Source: Balamuthia mandrillaris (lineage: Eukaryota). From it: a stretch of 20,000 nucleotides of DNA. The stretch is from contig JAVKOQ020000027.1 of NCBI GenBank assembly GCA_031835245.2, positions 308,257-328,256 of the forward strand. The letters are read 5' to 3'. The notes under the pieces were generated by a model. The model did no database searches. It saw only the letters and a list, made by a program, of their open reading frames with translations, and was not told the DNA's origin. The translations under genes were made by a program, and so were the position numbers. Shown here one piece after another: positions 1-9,997 of the stretch (position 1 is the first letter of the stretch; each line of letters begins with the position of its first letter).

Positions 1-1110
1 AAGAGCGGCTTGCCTCCGGAGAAGGTTTCTTTTTTTTTTCTCAGTTTTTTCTCACTTTTTTCTTATATTTTTCTGCTTTTCTTTTGGGGTAGTTATCCGA
101 ACTTCATGGCAACACCAACCTGGAACGATGCAGCAGGTGTGGGGCCGAATACATGAGGGACTACCACGTTCGCAACGCCTACGACGTGCACGACCACCGG
201 ACCGGAAGAACGTGCGTCGCCTGCGGCGGGGAGCTAAGGGACACCATCATCAACTTCCACGAGTCCCTCCCCTACGAGCCGTTGCGCAAGGCCCAGCAAC
301 ACGCCGAAATGGCCGACCTGGTTCGCTCGCTCCCTCTCTCTCCCTCTGTTCCGTTCTGTTTCTCTTTGCTGAAAGAAAGCACCCCCAACAGTGTTTGGTG
401 TTGGGAAGCAGCTGCACCGTGACACCGGCAGCCAACTTTCCCAGGAAAGTGGGGCGCAACCCCGACGCCCACCTCGTCATCTGCAACCTCCAACACACTC
501 CCTTGGATCCGCTGGCCAGCCTCAGGGTGAACGCCCGCTGCGACGACCTGATGAGAGCCGTCATGGCGGCGTTGGGTTACGAGATTCCGCCATTCATCCT
601 CCGCAGGCGCTTGAGGGTGCGGGTACTGCGCGAGTCTGGTGAGGTGGAGGTGCAAGGGGTGGATGTGGATGGCAAGCCCGCTTCCTTTCTTAGCTCCGTG
701 CAAGTCCTGCCTTATGGGTACCAGCTTCCTTCTTCATTCCTGCTTCTTTCTTCTATTTGTTCATTCCCAGTTCTCTTCATCTCACTTACGTGTCATCCTA
801 ACTTTCTCTTGCTCTTTGAAGAGCAAAGATACAGGAGCCGTTTAGAATCAGTCGCGAGTGGCAAAGGCAAATGAGGTCTCCACAGGACAAAGCCGCGAGA
901 GGGGAGTTGCCGCTTCGTCTGCACTTCATGGGGCATTACAACGAACCCCATCTCGACATCACCGTCCACCCCGAGAAGCCTGTCACCACTTACGATCTTG
1001 CTTATGATCCGATGACTGGTCAATGGGACGTTCGTTCTGGAGAAGAGGAAGAAGGCGCTGCTTCGTCGTCGTCTTCTTCTTCTTCCTTACGTTCTGGTGA
1101 AAATATGTAG
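1..1110 (+). CDS. NAD+-dependent deacylase, sirtuin class IV (SIRT6/SIRT7-like), 5'-partial; exons <1-24, 93-320, 392-717, 822-1110
   Basis: Spliced translation KSGLPPEK|LSELHGN (catalytic His), Zn ligands CSRC...CVAC, LRDTIINF, DL|CLVLGSS, VICNLQHTPLD; GT-AG introns keep frame. The last acceptor (AAG ending 821) is inferred from frame with the EPF...LHFMGHYNEP tail. Confidence 0.93.
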
Positions 1111-1235
1111 ATAAACAAAAGAAAAAACACACAAAGAAAATGTCTTCTTTACAGCATTTAAAAAACAAACCAAAAAGTGGAGGAAAATGCAGTTACCTCT
1201 GTTTGTGCTTCTTTGAAGCAAAAACTACAACGGTT

Positions 1236-2614
1236 TTAGCTTTGCTTCTTTGCTCTCGAAGAGACGGTCAAAAAGGAGATGCCCAAATGAGCAGTCATCT
1301 CGCTGACCACATTTGCGGCCAGATAGAGATAACAGAGAAGGGAGAACCCAAAGCAAGAGGCCACTGCTGCCAATTCCAGTTGTGCCGTCCTCTCAGAGGA
1401 AAGCAAGAGGGGAGCGAGGAAAGAGAACGTAAGGGAGCAGAGAATAGGGAGGATGAGAACGGGTTGGAAGGGAGAGTAGGGAAGAGCACACACTCGGGCC
1501 AATACCATGCGACTCTGTTATAATTAACATTTTAGTATGGAAGAAAGAAACGATAAGAAAAAACAAGAAGCACCGAATAAATACGAACCACAATGTTTGC
1601 AGCGAAGCTACCGAGCATACCGATGAAGAGGTGAGGATAGGTCATCAGCACGTTTGTTGGAGAGAATTTGGCCCACAACACGGCGCTTCCAATCAACGAA
1701 AACAGGGGCAACATTCTGTGAAATGCTTTCTCAATGCTTTCTTTGCTATTGCCCGCTCTAAAGTACTTCATTGTGTTACGAAGACTGGCAAAAAAGAGGA
1801 CTTAGTTACCAGAGTACTTGAATGAAAAGAGAGGAGATGGAAAGTGAAGTGAAAATATGAGAGAAAAACATAGAGAGAGGCATACTTATCGCTCATTGCA
1901 AAAAGAAAGGCACAAGCGTTTAGCACTGCCAACCAATAGTTATGAGGAAGTGTTAACCCAAATAATGTCGTCTGTTGGAACCAAAACTCTGGTCCTGTAA
2001 GTCAGAGCGCAAAGAAGCGAATAAGCAACGGAAATGCAAACAGCAAGAAACATGTTGTGCGGGAACATACCAAGAATAGCAGTTGCAACAAAAATGCCCA
2101 TAGTGAGGAGTTGAGCCTCAGTAACTCCGATGTAACCCAAGTTCAAGGTACCGGTATGGTACTGCTCCCACTGAGCCATGAAAAAGGCGGACGTGGCCAA
2201 ACTCATCAAAGCAAAAGGCAGCCAACCCCCGCCTATTCCGCATACGCTCATCGTGGTCAAAGCAAGCATCTCGTGTTCATGTGGTGATGTATCGAGATGA
2301 ACAAAAAGAAACGCAACGGACGTTTAAACGAACAAAACAAACATACAACGAACAAACAAATGAAAGCATACCCAAGTGGTAACGGCATCACAGCCGTGGT
2401 CCGTCAGTTCTCCCAACGGAGAGGAGGTGTTGGTCCTCCTGGCCTGCTTGCCGTCCACCGCGTCCATCGTTTGATAGACGAACAGACAAACGGCGTTGAA
2501 CAGGAGGAGCCACGCCGGGAAGGACTTGATTTGAGTAGCAAAAAACGCCGTCAACAGATAGGCAGCGATGATGAAAGCAAATCCGATCAGCGTCACCAGA
2601 TTGGGTCTGTCGTA

Positions 2615-2667
<53 letters not shown>

Positions 2668-2680
2668 GGAGGGAGGGAGG

Positions 2681-2714
<34 letters not shown>

Positions 2715-2916
2715 AGATGAGAAAAGTGAAAGTTAAACAAAAAAAAAGCGTAGGGAGAGAGAGAAAAAATAAGTACGCGAGAGACAGAGGCAAGTATTCC
2801 ACTACGCGACGCCAGAACGGCTGCATGACATAGTTGGCGATGAGGGAGCGGTCGGTGCCGCTGTAGCGATAGTCACGGAGGGCCTCCAGGCCTTCCTGCT
2901 TGATGTAGCGGCCCAT
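1236..2916 (-). CDS. CEPT1: Choline/ethanolamine phosphotransferase (CDP-alcohol phosphotransferase), about 385 aa; exons 2916-2777, 2606-2372, 2269-2071, 1994-1886, 1784-1589, 1514-1236
   Basis: N-terminal [32 protein letters not shown]-alcohol phosphotransferase motif [36 protein letters not shown]; exon lengths sum to 1158 nt (386 codons). Confidence 0.95.
2620..2712. repeat. (AG)n/(AGGG)n microsatellite in CEPT intron 1
   Basis: Directly visible dinucleotide and tetranucleotide purine run. Confidence 0.95.
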
Positions 2917-3023
2917 TTGCTTCAGCTCCTGTTTGTCTTTTTGTTTTTTTTTTTGTTTGAAACAAACAATAATTTTTCTGTTTTTGGTTTTTTATGCTTG
3001 TTTTTGGAATCTTTTTAAGGTGT

Positions 3024-3165
3024 TCTTCAGGAAATGCACCCTAAATTTCCTGAAGAGATTGCTGATCTGATCAGATAGGAATTTAAAATCAAAGTACCAA
3101 TCGGAAATCGAAAATAAACGAAAATTCGTTATGTTTTTGATCAGATCCATCACCCTTAGGGTGCA
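3024..3165. promoter_or_regulatory. Cluster of dyad-symmetry elements between the APMAP-like stop and CEPT start
   Basis: 12-bp perfect stem TCTTCAGGAAAT (3024-3035) / ATTTCCTGAAGA (3045-3056) with 9-nt loop; palindrome ATCTGATCAGAT 3065-3076; CACCCT-T-AGGGTG 3151-3163. Function not demonstrated. Confidence 0.45.
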
Positions 3166-5057
3166 GAAGATCGAACAACGGCAAAGCAAGGGCTGTCCAG
3201 GTTGCCGAGGTACAATGCTGGTCCTAGCTCGCTCACGGAGCTGACGCCTGGAAAGTGCTGAGCCTGGAGGCTTTGCAGGACCTTGCCCTCTCGGCTCAGC
3301 TTGACCACATGACCTGTTGGCCGTGGCTTTGGTTTTATTGCTTCTGGCAACATACTCACCAGCCTATAATAAAAGGAAGAGCTATAAGGAACGGGGAGAA
3401 CGAGAAGAGCAGAACAATGACAAGCAGGAAGGTACTTTTTGAGGCTAGGATAAGGGTGCACCAGGTCCAACAAGGACATTCGAGGAGCAAGAATGGCCAA
3501 CCAGAAGGACGAACCATCGTTGCTTGCAGAGATGCCATCCGGGAATCCAGGAAGATTGTCCACAAACACGTCTGAAGTTCCCGCTGTTAAAGACGAACAA
3601 AATGTTTAAAAAAAGCCCTCATTCTCAAGACAATACGGGTGACCGCTTTAAGAGAGTCAGAAGAGAAGAGGAGAAGACAAAAAAACATAACAACAGAGAA
3701 GCAAGTGCACACCTCTTTCTCCTTTTAGCCAGAGACGAAGCACTCTGTACCTGGCCGTCTCAACGATCAGCACGAACTCTTCGTCATGGCTCAGAGCAAC
3801 GCCGTTGGCATACGCAATGTTGCTTAACATCACTTCGGCTCCTTTTTCTTTTGTATACCGAAGTAATCTTTTGTTTTGTGTTAGTTTCAAAGGTTAAACA
3901 GAACTCAAAAAAAACCAAACCTTCCAGAAGGATGAGCAGTGGAGATGTCAAGAATGGCTGTTTTCATGGTACTATACGTGAAGTCGTCCATTTGTAGGGG
4001 AGGAAGCATGCTTGAATCTGAGAAGTAGATCTCTCCCGTTGATGCTATCGACAACGCCTATTTTAACAAAAAAGTTTAGAAGAAGAAGAAGAAGAAGAAG
4101 AAGAAGAAGAAGAAGAAGAAGAAGAAGAAGAAGAACAAGAAGAACAAGAAGAAGAAGAACAAGAAGAACAAGAAGAAGAAGAAGAAGAAGAAGAAGAAGA
4201 AGAAGAAGAAGAAAAAGAAGAAGAAGAAGAAGAAGAAAAAGAAGAAGAAGAACAAGAAGAACAAGAAGAAGAAGAACAAGAAGAAGAAGAACAACAACAA
4301 CAAGAAGAAGAACAAGAAGAAAAAGAAGAAGAAGAAGAAGAAGAAGAAGAAGAAGAAGAACAAGAAGAAGAAGAAGACCAAGAGCAAGAATAGGAAAAAA
4401 GTCGAACAAAAGGCGCATTACGTTAGCATAACGAATGGGTTGCCCATCAGTAGAGTTCTGTGCGAGCAGCGTGACCCTTTTCTGGTGGCAGTCAATGGCC
4501 ATGAGGCCCTTCAAGGCCTCCGCCACGACTAGAGTCTCCGACGCAGCGTCAAAGTCCATGTCCAGAGGTCTCCCTCCCACAAAGAGCCAAGGGGTGGCAG
4601 AAGATAAGACCTCGCTTTTAAAGGAAGAAGGAGCGGGAGAGGAGGGAGACGAAGTTCGGCTTTGAAGAGGAAGGGGAAGAGAGTAGATGTAGCCCTCGGC
4701 AGTTCCGCAGAACAGCATGCTTGCTTCGGGGTCATAAGCAAATGACTCTGGACCTTTGGCTCCATCCTACAGCACATTCAGGTTTTTTTAAATAAGGGAT
4801 AAGAAGAACAACAAAGCAGAAAGCGGGAATGAGGAAGTATGAAGAGAGAAGAAAGAAAACAAAACTGGAAAACAGTAAAACGTGGTGTTCTCGTTGAGGC
4901 GTTCGTTGGGTGAAAAGGCACCTGAGTCAAGAGGAGGGGAAGGATAGTAAGCATAAAAGGCGGGGTTAAACGGCACCCCCGGTTTCACCACCACCGCATA
5001 ATAGGCCGCAAGCGAGACCACCAGTCCCACGGCGAAGAAACGCAACCCTTGGCCCAT
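3156..5057 (-). CDS. APMAP: Strictosidine-synthase-like / APMAP-like six-bladed beta-propeller hydrolase with N-terminal signal anchor, about 394 aa; exons 5057-4866, 4766-4422, 4057-3921, 3867-3713, 3583-3436, 3363-3156
   Basis: Motifs GPES, GGRPLDMDF, IRYANAL, IYFSDSS, GRLLRY, YANGVALSHDEEFVLIVET, FVDNLPGFPDGI, LYLGNL; hydrophobic N-terminus; exons total 1185 nt (395 codons). Confidence 0.9.
4078..4377. repeat. About 100-unit interrupted (GAA.TTC)n trinucleotide repeat inside APMAP-like intron 2 (4421-4058)
   Basis: Directly visible AGA run with ACA/AAA interruptions; flanked by a GT donor at 4421 and an AG acceptor at 4058 on the minus strand. Confidence 0.97.
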
Positions 5058-5205
5058 TGCCGCCCCTGTTACTGTGCAAAATTGGGATTTCGTTGCCTTT
5101 TCTGATTTTTGATAGGCTTTTAACTTCAAATATCCAATATAATTTCAAAGATGATTACGATGATCTCTCCACCCGAAATGCGTTATTGCCTTTTTGTTCC
5201 ACAAA

Positions 5206-5213
5206 TGACGTCA
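5206..5213. promoter_or_regulatory. CRE-like palindrome TGACGTCA in the divergent APMAP-like/MORN intergenic region
   Basis: Exact bZIP (CREB/ATF-type) 8-mer about 150 nt upstream of the APMAP-like ATG; a single short motif could be chance. Confidence 0.35.
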
Positions 5214-5819
5214 CGTCTACTACTTATGGCAAAGTTTAAAATGTTTGTATCTTTTTCTCTTTTTTGGGCGTGCCAAAGAAAAAAATCAAATAAATAAAAA
5301 AGAGGAAGTGAGAGTGGACAGAGAGAGAGAGAGACGAGCAAAAAAAAAAGGGGGGGAAAGGGTGCGCGGCGCACCGATAAGGGCCGTTTTTTTTATTGCG
5401 TTCTTTTTTTTTGTGTGGTTCCCCACGCGTGTTTGGCAAAGGTGCACCCAGTGGGGCCTCTCTTCTCTCCGTGTGTGTGAGTTCTTTTTTTTTTGAAACA
5501 CACTCATAAAGCCCGCGCCTGTCAGAAAGGGTGAGTACGGTTTCTTTTTCGGTTTTTTCGTTTGTTTATTTGTGGTTGTTGTGGTTGCTGTTGTTGTTGT
5601 TGGAGCGACCCAAAGTAAGAAGCGCGGGGAGTGTGCTGACCTTATTTTTTTTTTATTTTTGTTTGGATTAAGGCGAACGAAAAAAAAAAACAAAGGTGGT
5701 GGCTCGCTTCTCTCGTCGGCGTAAGTTGTTTTTTTTTCTTTCTTTCTCCTTCCTCTCTCTTTCCTCTTTTTTTTTTGATTTTAGTATTTTTCTTCCTCTC
5801 TCTCTCTCTTTTGCTTTCT

Positions 5820-5827
<8 letters not shown>

Positions 5828-5864
<37 letters not shown>
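5828..5864. repeat. (CT)n microsatellite
   Basis: Directly visible; similar tracts at about 7261-7297, 9890-9945, 10403-10425 and 18255-18292. Confidence 0.9.
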
Positions 5865-5869
<5 letters not shown>

Positions 5870-6482
5870 CTCTCAACTTTGCGGAGGTATGCCATATAAC
5901 AAAAATCGGGCTTTGCTCTGATTGTGGCCCTCATCACACCCGCTGACAAGTCCCCCTCTTGTTCTTTTCTGTTCCTCGCACACTTTATTATTCGTTCATC
6001 TCCTATCATTAATCGCAGCGGTCTACTCTCCGCTGCTCTTTCTGTCTGCTTTCCTTCACAATCCTTCGTTTTTGTTGTCTGTTGGTTTGACCAAAATCCG
6101 CATTCTATTTTTTAAAAAACTCTTCCCTCTCTCACTCTAATGTTTTGAGATAAGCGCATTTCTCACTTTCTCTCAACACGCAGAACGTCTGTCCCGTTCA
6201 GTTCCGCGGTTCCAACCTCCTCAAGAAAACTTACTTCTTGCTCTGAACGAAAACGACAACGACAACAACGGCAGTAACATAAACCACAACAAACAACAGG
6301 CCTATCCTCCAAAACCACACCACGACAAACCTTTGGACAAATAAACGAAAAAGAAGCTGCAGCAAGCATCACCAACATCGTTGCCGTCGCCGCAGCGGCA
6401 AACCTCGAGGGAGAGAGTGGAGCGGAAACTGTCCCTCAGTAGGCTGAGCAGCGGCGCCGCTGCCAGCACCTCCAACAACTCC

Positions 6483-7258
6483 ATGAGCGACAGAGAACTG
6501 AGCTCAGCCAAGGACACACCTACTCCCTCTCCAAAACATCACACAAGCTCCAGTGGGAGCTCCACTCTACGCAAGGGCACCACCATCAAGTCATACAAGG
6601 GCGAGAAGAAGGACGGTAAACCCCATGGTCAGGGCAAGCTCATCTTTTCCAACGGCAAGCGCTACAAGGGCGAGTTTCGTGATGGCCTCTTCCATGGCTA
6701 CGGCGTGCTGACCCTCCCCAATGGCAATCGCTATGAGGGAGAGTTTACCTATGGCCGCAAGCATGGGCGCGGCACCTTCTACTGGAGCCACGGCGAGCGC
6801 TACGAAGGCGAATACCAGAACGACCGGCGTCATGGCTGGGGCGTTTTCACCTGGAAGAGCGGCGGCCGCTACGAGGGCGGCTTTCACGAGGACCGACGGA
6901 CGGGGCGTGGTGTTCTTAGTTGGCCCGATGGGGAGCGCTACGAGGGAGACTTTAAGGATGACCAACTGGATGGCATGGGCGTCTATTACTATGCCAACAA
7001 GGACCGCTATGAGGGCCACTTTCGAAATGGCGTCAAGCACGGAAGGGGCATCTATCACTTCAACAATGGGGATCGCTATGTGGGCGACTACAAGAATGGA
7101 AAACGTACAGGCTTTGGCATCTTGACTCTTGCCAATGGCAACCGCTACGAGGGTGATTTTAGGCATGATAAGAGGACGGGCATGGGTGTCTTTATCTGGC
7201 AAAGCGGTTCTCGTTATGAAGGTATTATTTGTTCTTTCTCCTTTGTTCTCTTTCTTTG

Positions 7259-7300
<42 letters not shown>

Positions 7301-9573
7301 CTCTGCCAAAGGATGAACTTCATTTAAATCAGTTATCCCTGTCCTAACATCATTGCGGATATCATTTATGTTCTGAATCCTATTTTTTCCGTTCTTTGTT
7401 TTCTTTCTCTTTCCCCTTCTCCTTGGTAACCCAACTCTCTTTCTCTTGCTAGGTCTTTTCAAGAATGACAAACGGACAGGCAAAGGAGTATTTTACAGAG
7501 CCAACGGCGAACGGTATGAAGGTGAATTCAAGGATGGCAAACGTCACGGCACCGGCATTTCCTACATCTCCGCTCCCAACGACAACAACAGCAGTAGTGC
7601 CAGCACTAATACCAACACTACCCAAGAAAAAATCTACAAAGAGGAATGGTCGGATGGTTCCTTGATTTCCAAGTACGAGGTGAGCCCCGATGAACTGCCT
7701 GCCATCCTCGAAAGCGACATTGACTCGTTTGCCAGCGCCGACAGCGCCCTTCGTCGACGCCACTCTGCCCTTCTTCTTCCCTCCTCTTTTTCTGCCTCTG
7801 CCTCCGCCATCACCACCAGCCACCATCATCATCCTCTTCATCACTATTTCTTGCGAACTGCTTCTTATGGCTCTACTACCACAACCCTTTCATCCTTAGC
7901 ATCATCAGCCTCATCGAGCACAACAGGCACTCTTGCACCTGCAGCGGCGGCGGCGGCTGCAGCGGCTGCTGCTGCTGCCTCGGCAGCAGGAAATGCTACG
8001 CTAGCGGCGGCGGCGGCTGCTCCGCTGGGCTCCACCATTTTGGCGGTGAAGGATCCGGAGGCGTTGGTCCTGTTTGCAAGGGATGTACCCAAATTGCCTA
8101 CTTATCTAGTTGTGCGAATATTTTCCTTTTTGGATGCTTCGTCTTTGTGCATAGCTTGCCAAGGTTTGTCTTTCTTGTGTTGCTTTGTGTTTTCTTTTCT
8201 GAACTTATTTTTCTCGTAACACAGTCAACAAAACGTGGAAGCGTTTAAGCGAGGAAGAGCCACTGTGGCGTCGTTTATGTAAAGTAACATGGGGAGTAAA
8301 GGACGAGCCAGTGAGCACCTACCCCTCTCACTACTGCCAATGGAAGTTTCTCTACTGGCTGAACCTTTGCAAGAACGTCTGGGCCAAGCGCGTCTTCCAG
8401 GAAGAGGAGATCAAGAACGGGCGCGGCACCTACAGCTGGAGCAACGGCAATCGCTACGAGGGTGAGTGGCAGGACGACCACCGCCACGGCCGTGGCAGGA
8501 TGATCTACGCCGATGGCGACAAGTACGAAGGCGACTGGGTGGACGGCAAGAAGCACGGCTTTGGCATCGTAACCTACATGAATGGCAGCAAGTACGAGGG
8601 TACCTTTGTCGGTGGCGAGAGGGACGGTACCGGCGTCCTCACCTTTAGCAACGGCGATCGCTACGATGGCGATTGGAAGCAAGGCAAGAAGGAGGGCTCC
8701 GGCACTTACCTCTGGAGCAACGGCTCCATCTACGAAGGAGAGTACGTCAACGGCAAGAAGGAAGGACGCGGCATCATGATCTACAACAACGGCGACAAGT
8801 ACGAGGGCGAGTGGAAGGCCGGCAGGAGGCATGGTTACGGCGTAGAGGTGTGGATCAACGGCGTGCGCTATGAGGGAGAGTGGAGAGATGGCAAGCGGCA
8901 GGGCAAAGGTAAAGTGGTGTACGCCAACCAGGACACCTACGAGGGGGAGTTTATGGGAGGAGAGAAGGAAGGTAAGGGCTCCATGAGGTATGAGAAAGGC
9001 GATCTCTATGAAGGTGAGTGGAAAAAGGGCAAACGAGACGGTTATGGCAAGATGACCTATTATGCTGCCGCCGCCTCAGCTGCTGCTGCTTCCGCTCGTA
9101 CCTCCACGAACGAAGAGGAAGACCCGCAACAAAGTCAACAACAAGTGGACGGAGTATTGAATCCTGCTCCGCAACCATTAGTCTATGAAGGCCTTTGGAA
9201 GGAAGACTTGGAGGTGGAGGACAATGCTATGGCCCTCGTCGCCCTCCGCGGAGCCCGTGAGGTCCCTCCGGACTATCCCACTAAGCGCATGCCCGCCCTG
9301 CTGGACTCGGACGAGGAGGACCTCGACGAGGCCACCATTCTGGAGCAGAGAAAGCAAGACGTGAGGAAGAGGTTGGCGAGGAAGCGCAACGCCAAGCTGA
9401 AGAGCTCTTCTACAGCCGCTTCTTCGGCCGCTGCCAAAGTGAAGAAAGCAGCGATGGGATCGTTGAGGAAACACAGCAACAATAACAACGAGAATGGGGC
9501 ATCGGGCAGAAGAAGGAAGATGCCTTCCTTTTCGTTTCACAAGTCAGGACATCACGACTCGCCGAGAAAGTGA
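6483..9573 (+). CDS. MORN-repeat / F-box / MORN-repeat protein, about 932 aa; exons 6483-7221, 7453-8163, 8225-9573
   Basis: 11 N-terminal 23-aa MORN repeats (YEGEF..G..HG.G); spliced F-box LPTYLVVRIFSFLDASSLCIACQ|VNKTWKRLSEEEPLWRRLC; about 9-10 C-terminal MORN repeats. In-frame TAA at 6342 precedes the first in-frame ATG at 6483; exons total 2799 nt. The start could differ if upstream coding exons exist. Confidence 0.9.
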
Positions 9574-9997
9574 GTAAGCGAAACAAACTCAACAAAACGA
9601 CAAAACGAAAACGACAACGATGGAGGAAAAAAAGGACCAACTTTTCTTTTCTCTCTTTTTTTTTAACTGTTTTTCTTTCTTTTTTTTTATTTTGTGTGGA
9701 GGACGTGCTCGCGCTGATGATGATGATGAAGTGGTCTTTTTTCTTTTTTGCTTCGGGTGTTCGTTTTAAGTTTCTAAAGTTAGCTTGTACTTTTTTTTTT
9801 GTTCTCTTTTTTTTCCAAACAGAATAACTCCCTCAAACAAACTCTTCTCTCTTCTCTCTTCTCTTTTTTTTTTTTTCGTTTTTCTTGTCTTCTCTCTCTC
9901 TCTCTCTCCTTCTCTTTTTCTTCTTTCTCTCTCTCTCTCTCTCTCCCTGCTTTCTTCTCTCTCTGTCCGTGCCCTTCAAAATGTTATCCATTAGGTT

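Noticed and set aside
128..874. 248-aa ORF as a stand-alone gene
   Set aside because: It is a chimera of an out-of-frame exon, introns and sirtuin exon 3.
1392..1428. Possible extra intron in the last CEPT exon
   Set aside because: It would be only about 37 nt, and the frame reads through as a plausible hydrophobic segment.
4012..4431. Poly-Arg, poly-Phe and poly-Leu ORFs
   Set aside because: These are translations of the intronic GAA.TTC repeat; the flanking splice sites restore the APMAP-like frame.
3156..5057. True strictosidine synthase (alkaloid pathway)
   Set aside because: It retains the E (GPES), N, N and D (PDGI) metal-ligand pattern of hydrolytic SSL/APMAP proteins, and there is no pathway context.
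6591..8832. Antisense and alternative-frame ORFs over the MORN arrays
   Set aside because: Shadows of the repetitive MORN coding strand.
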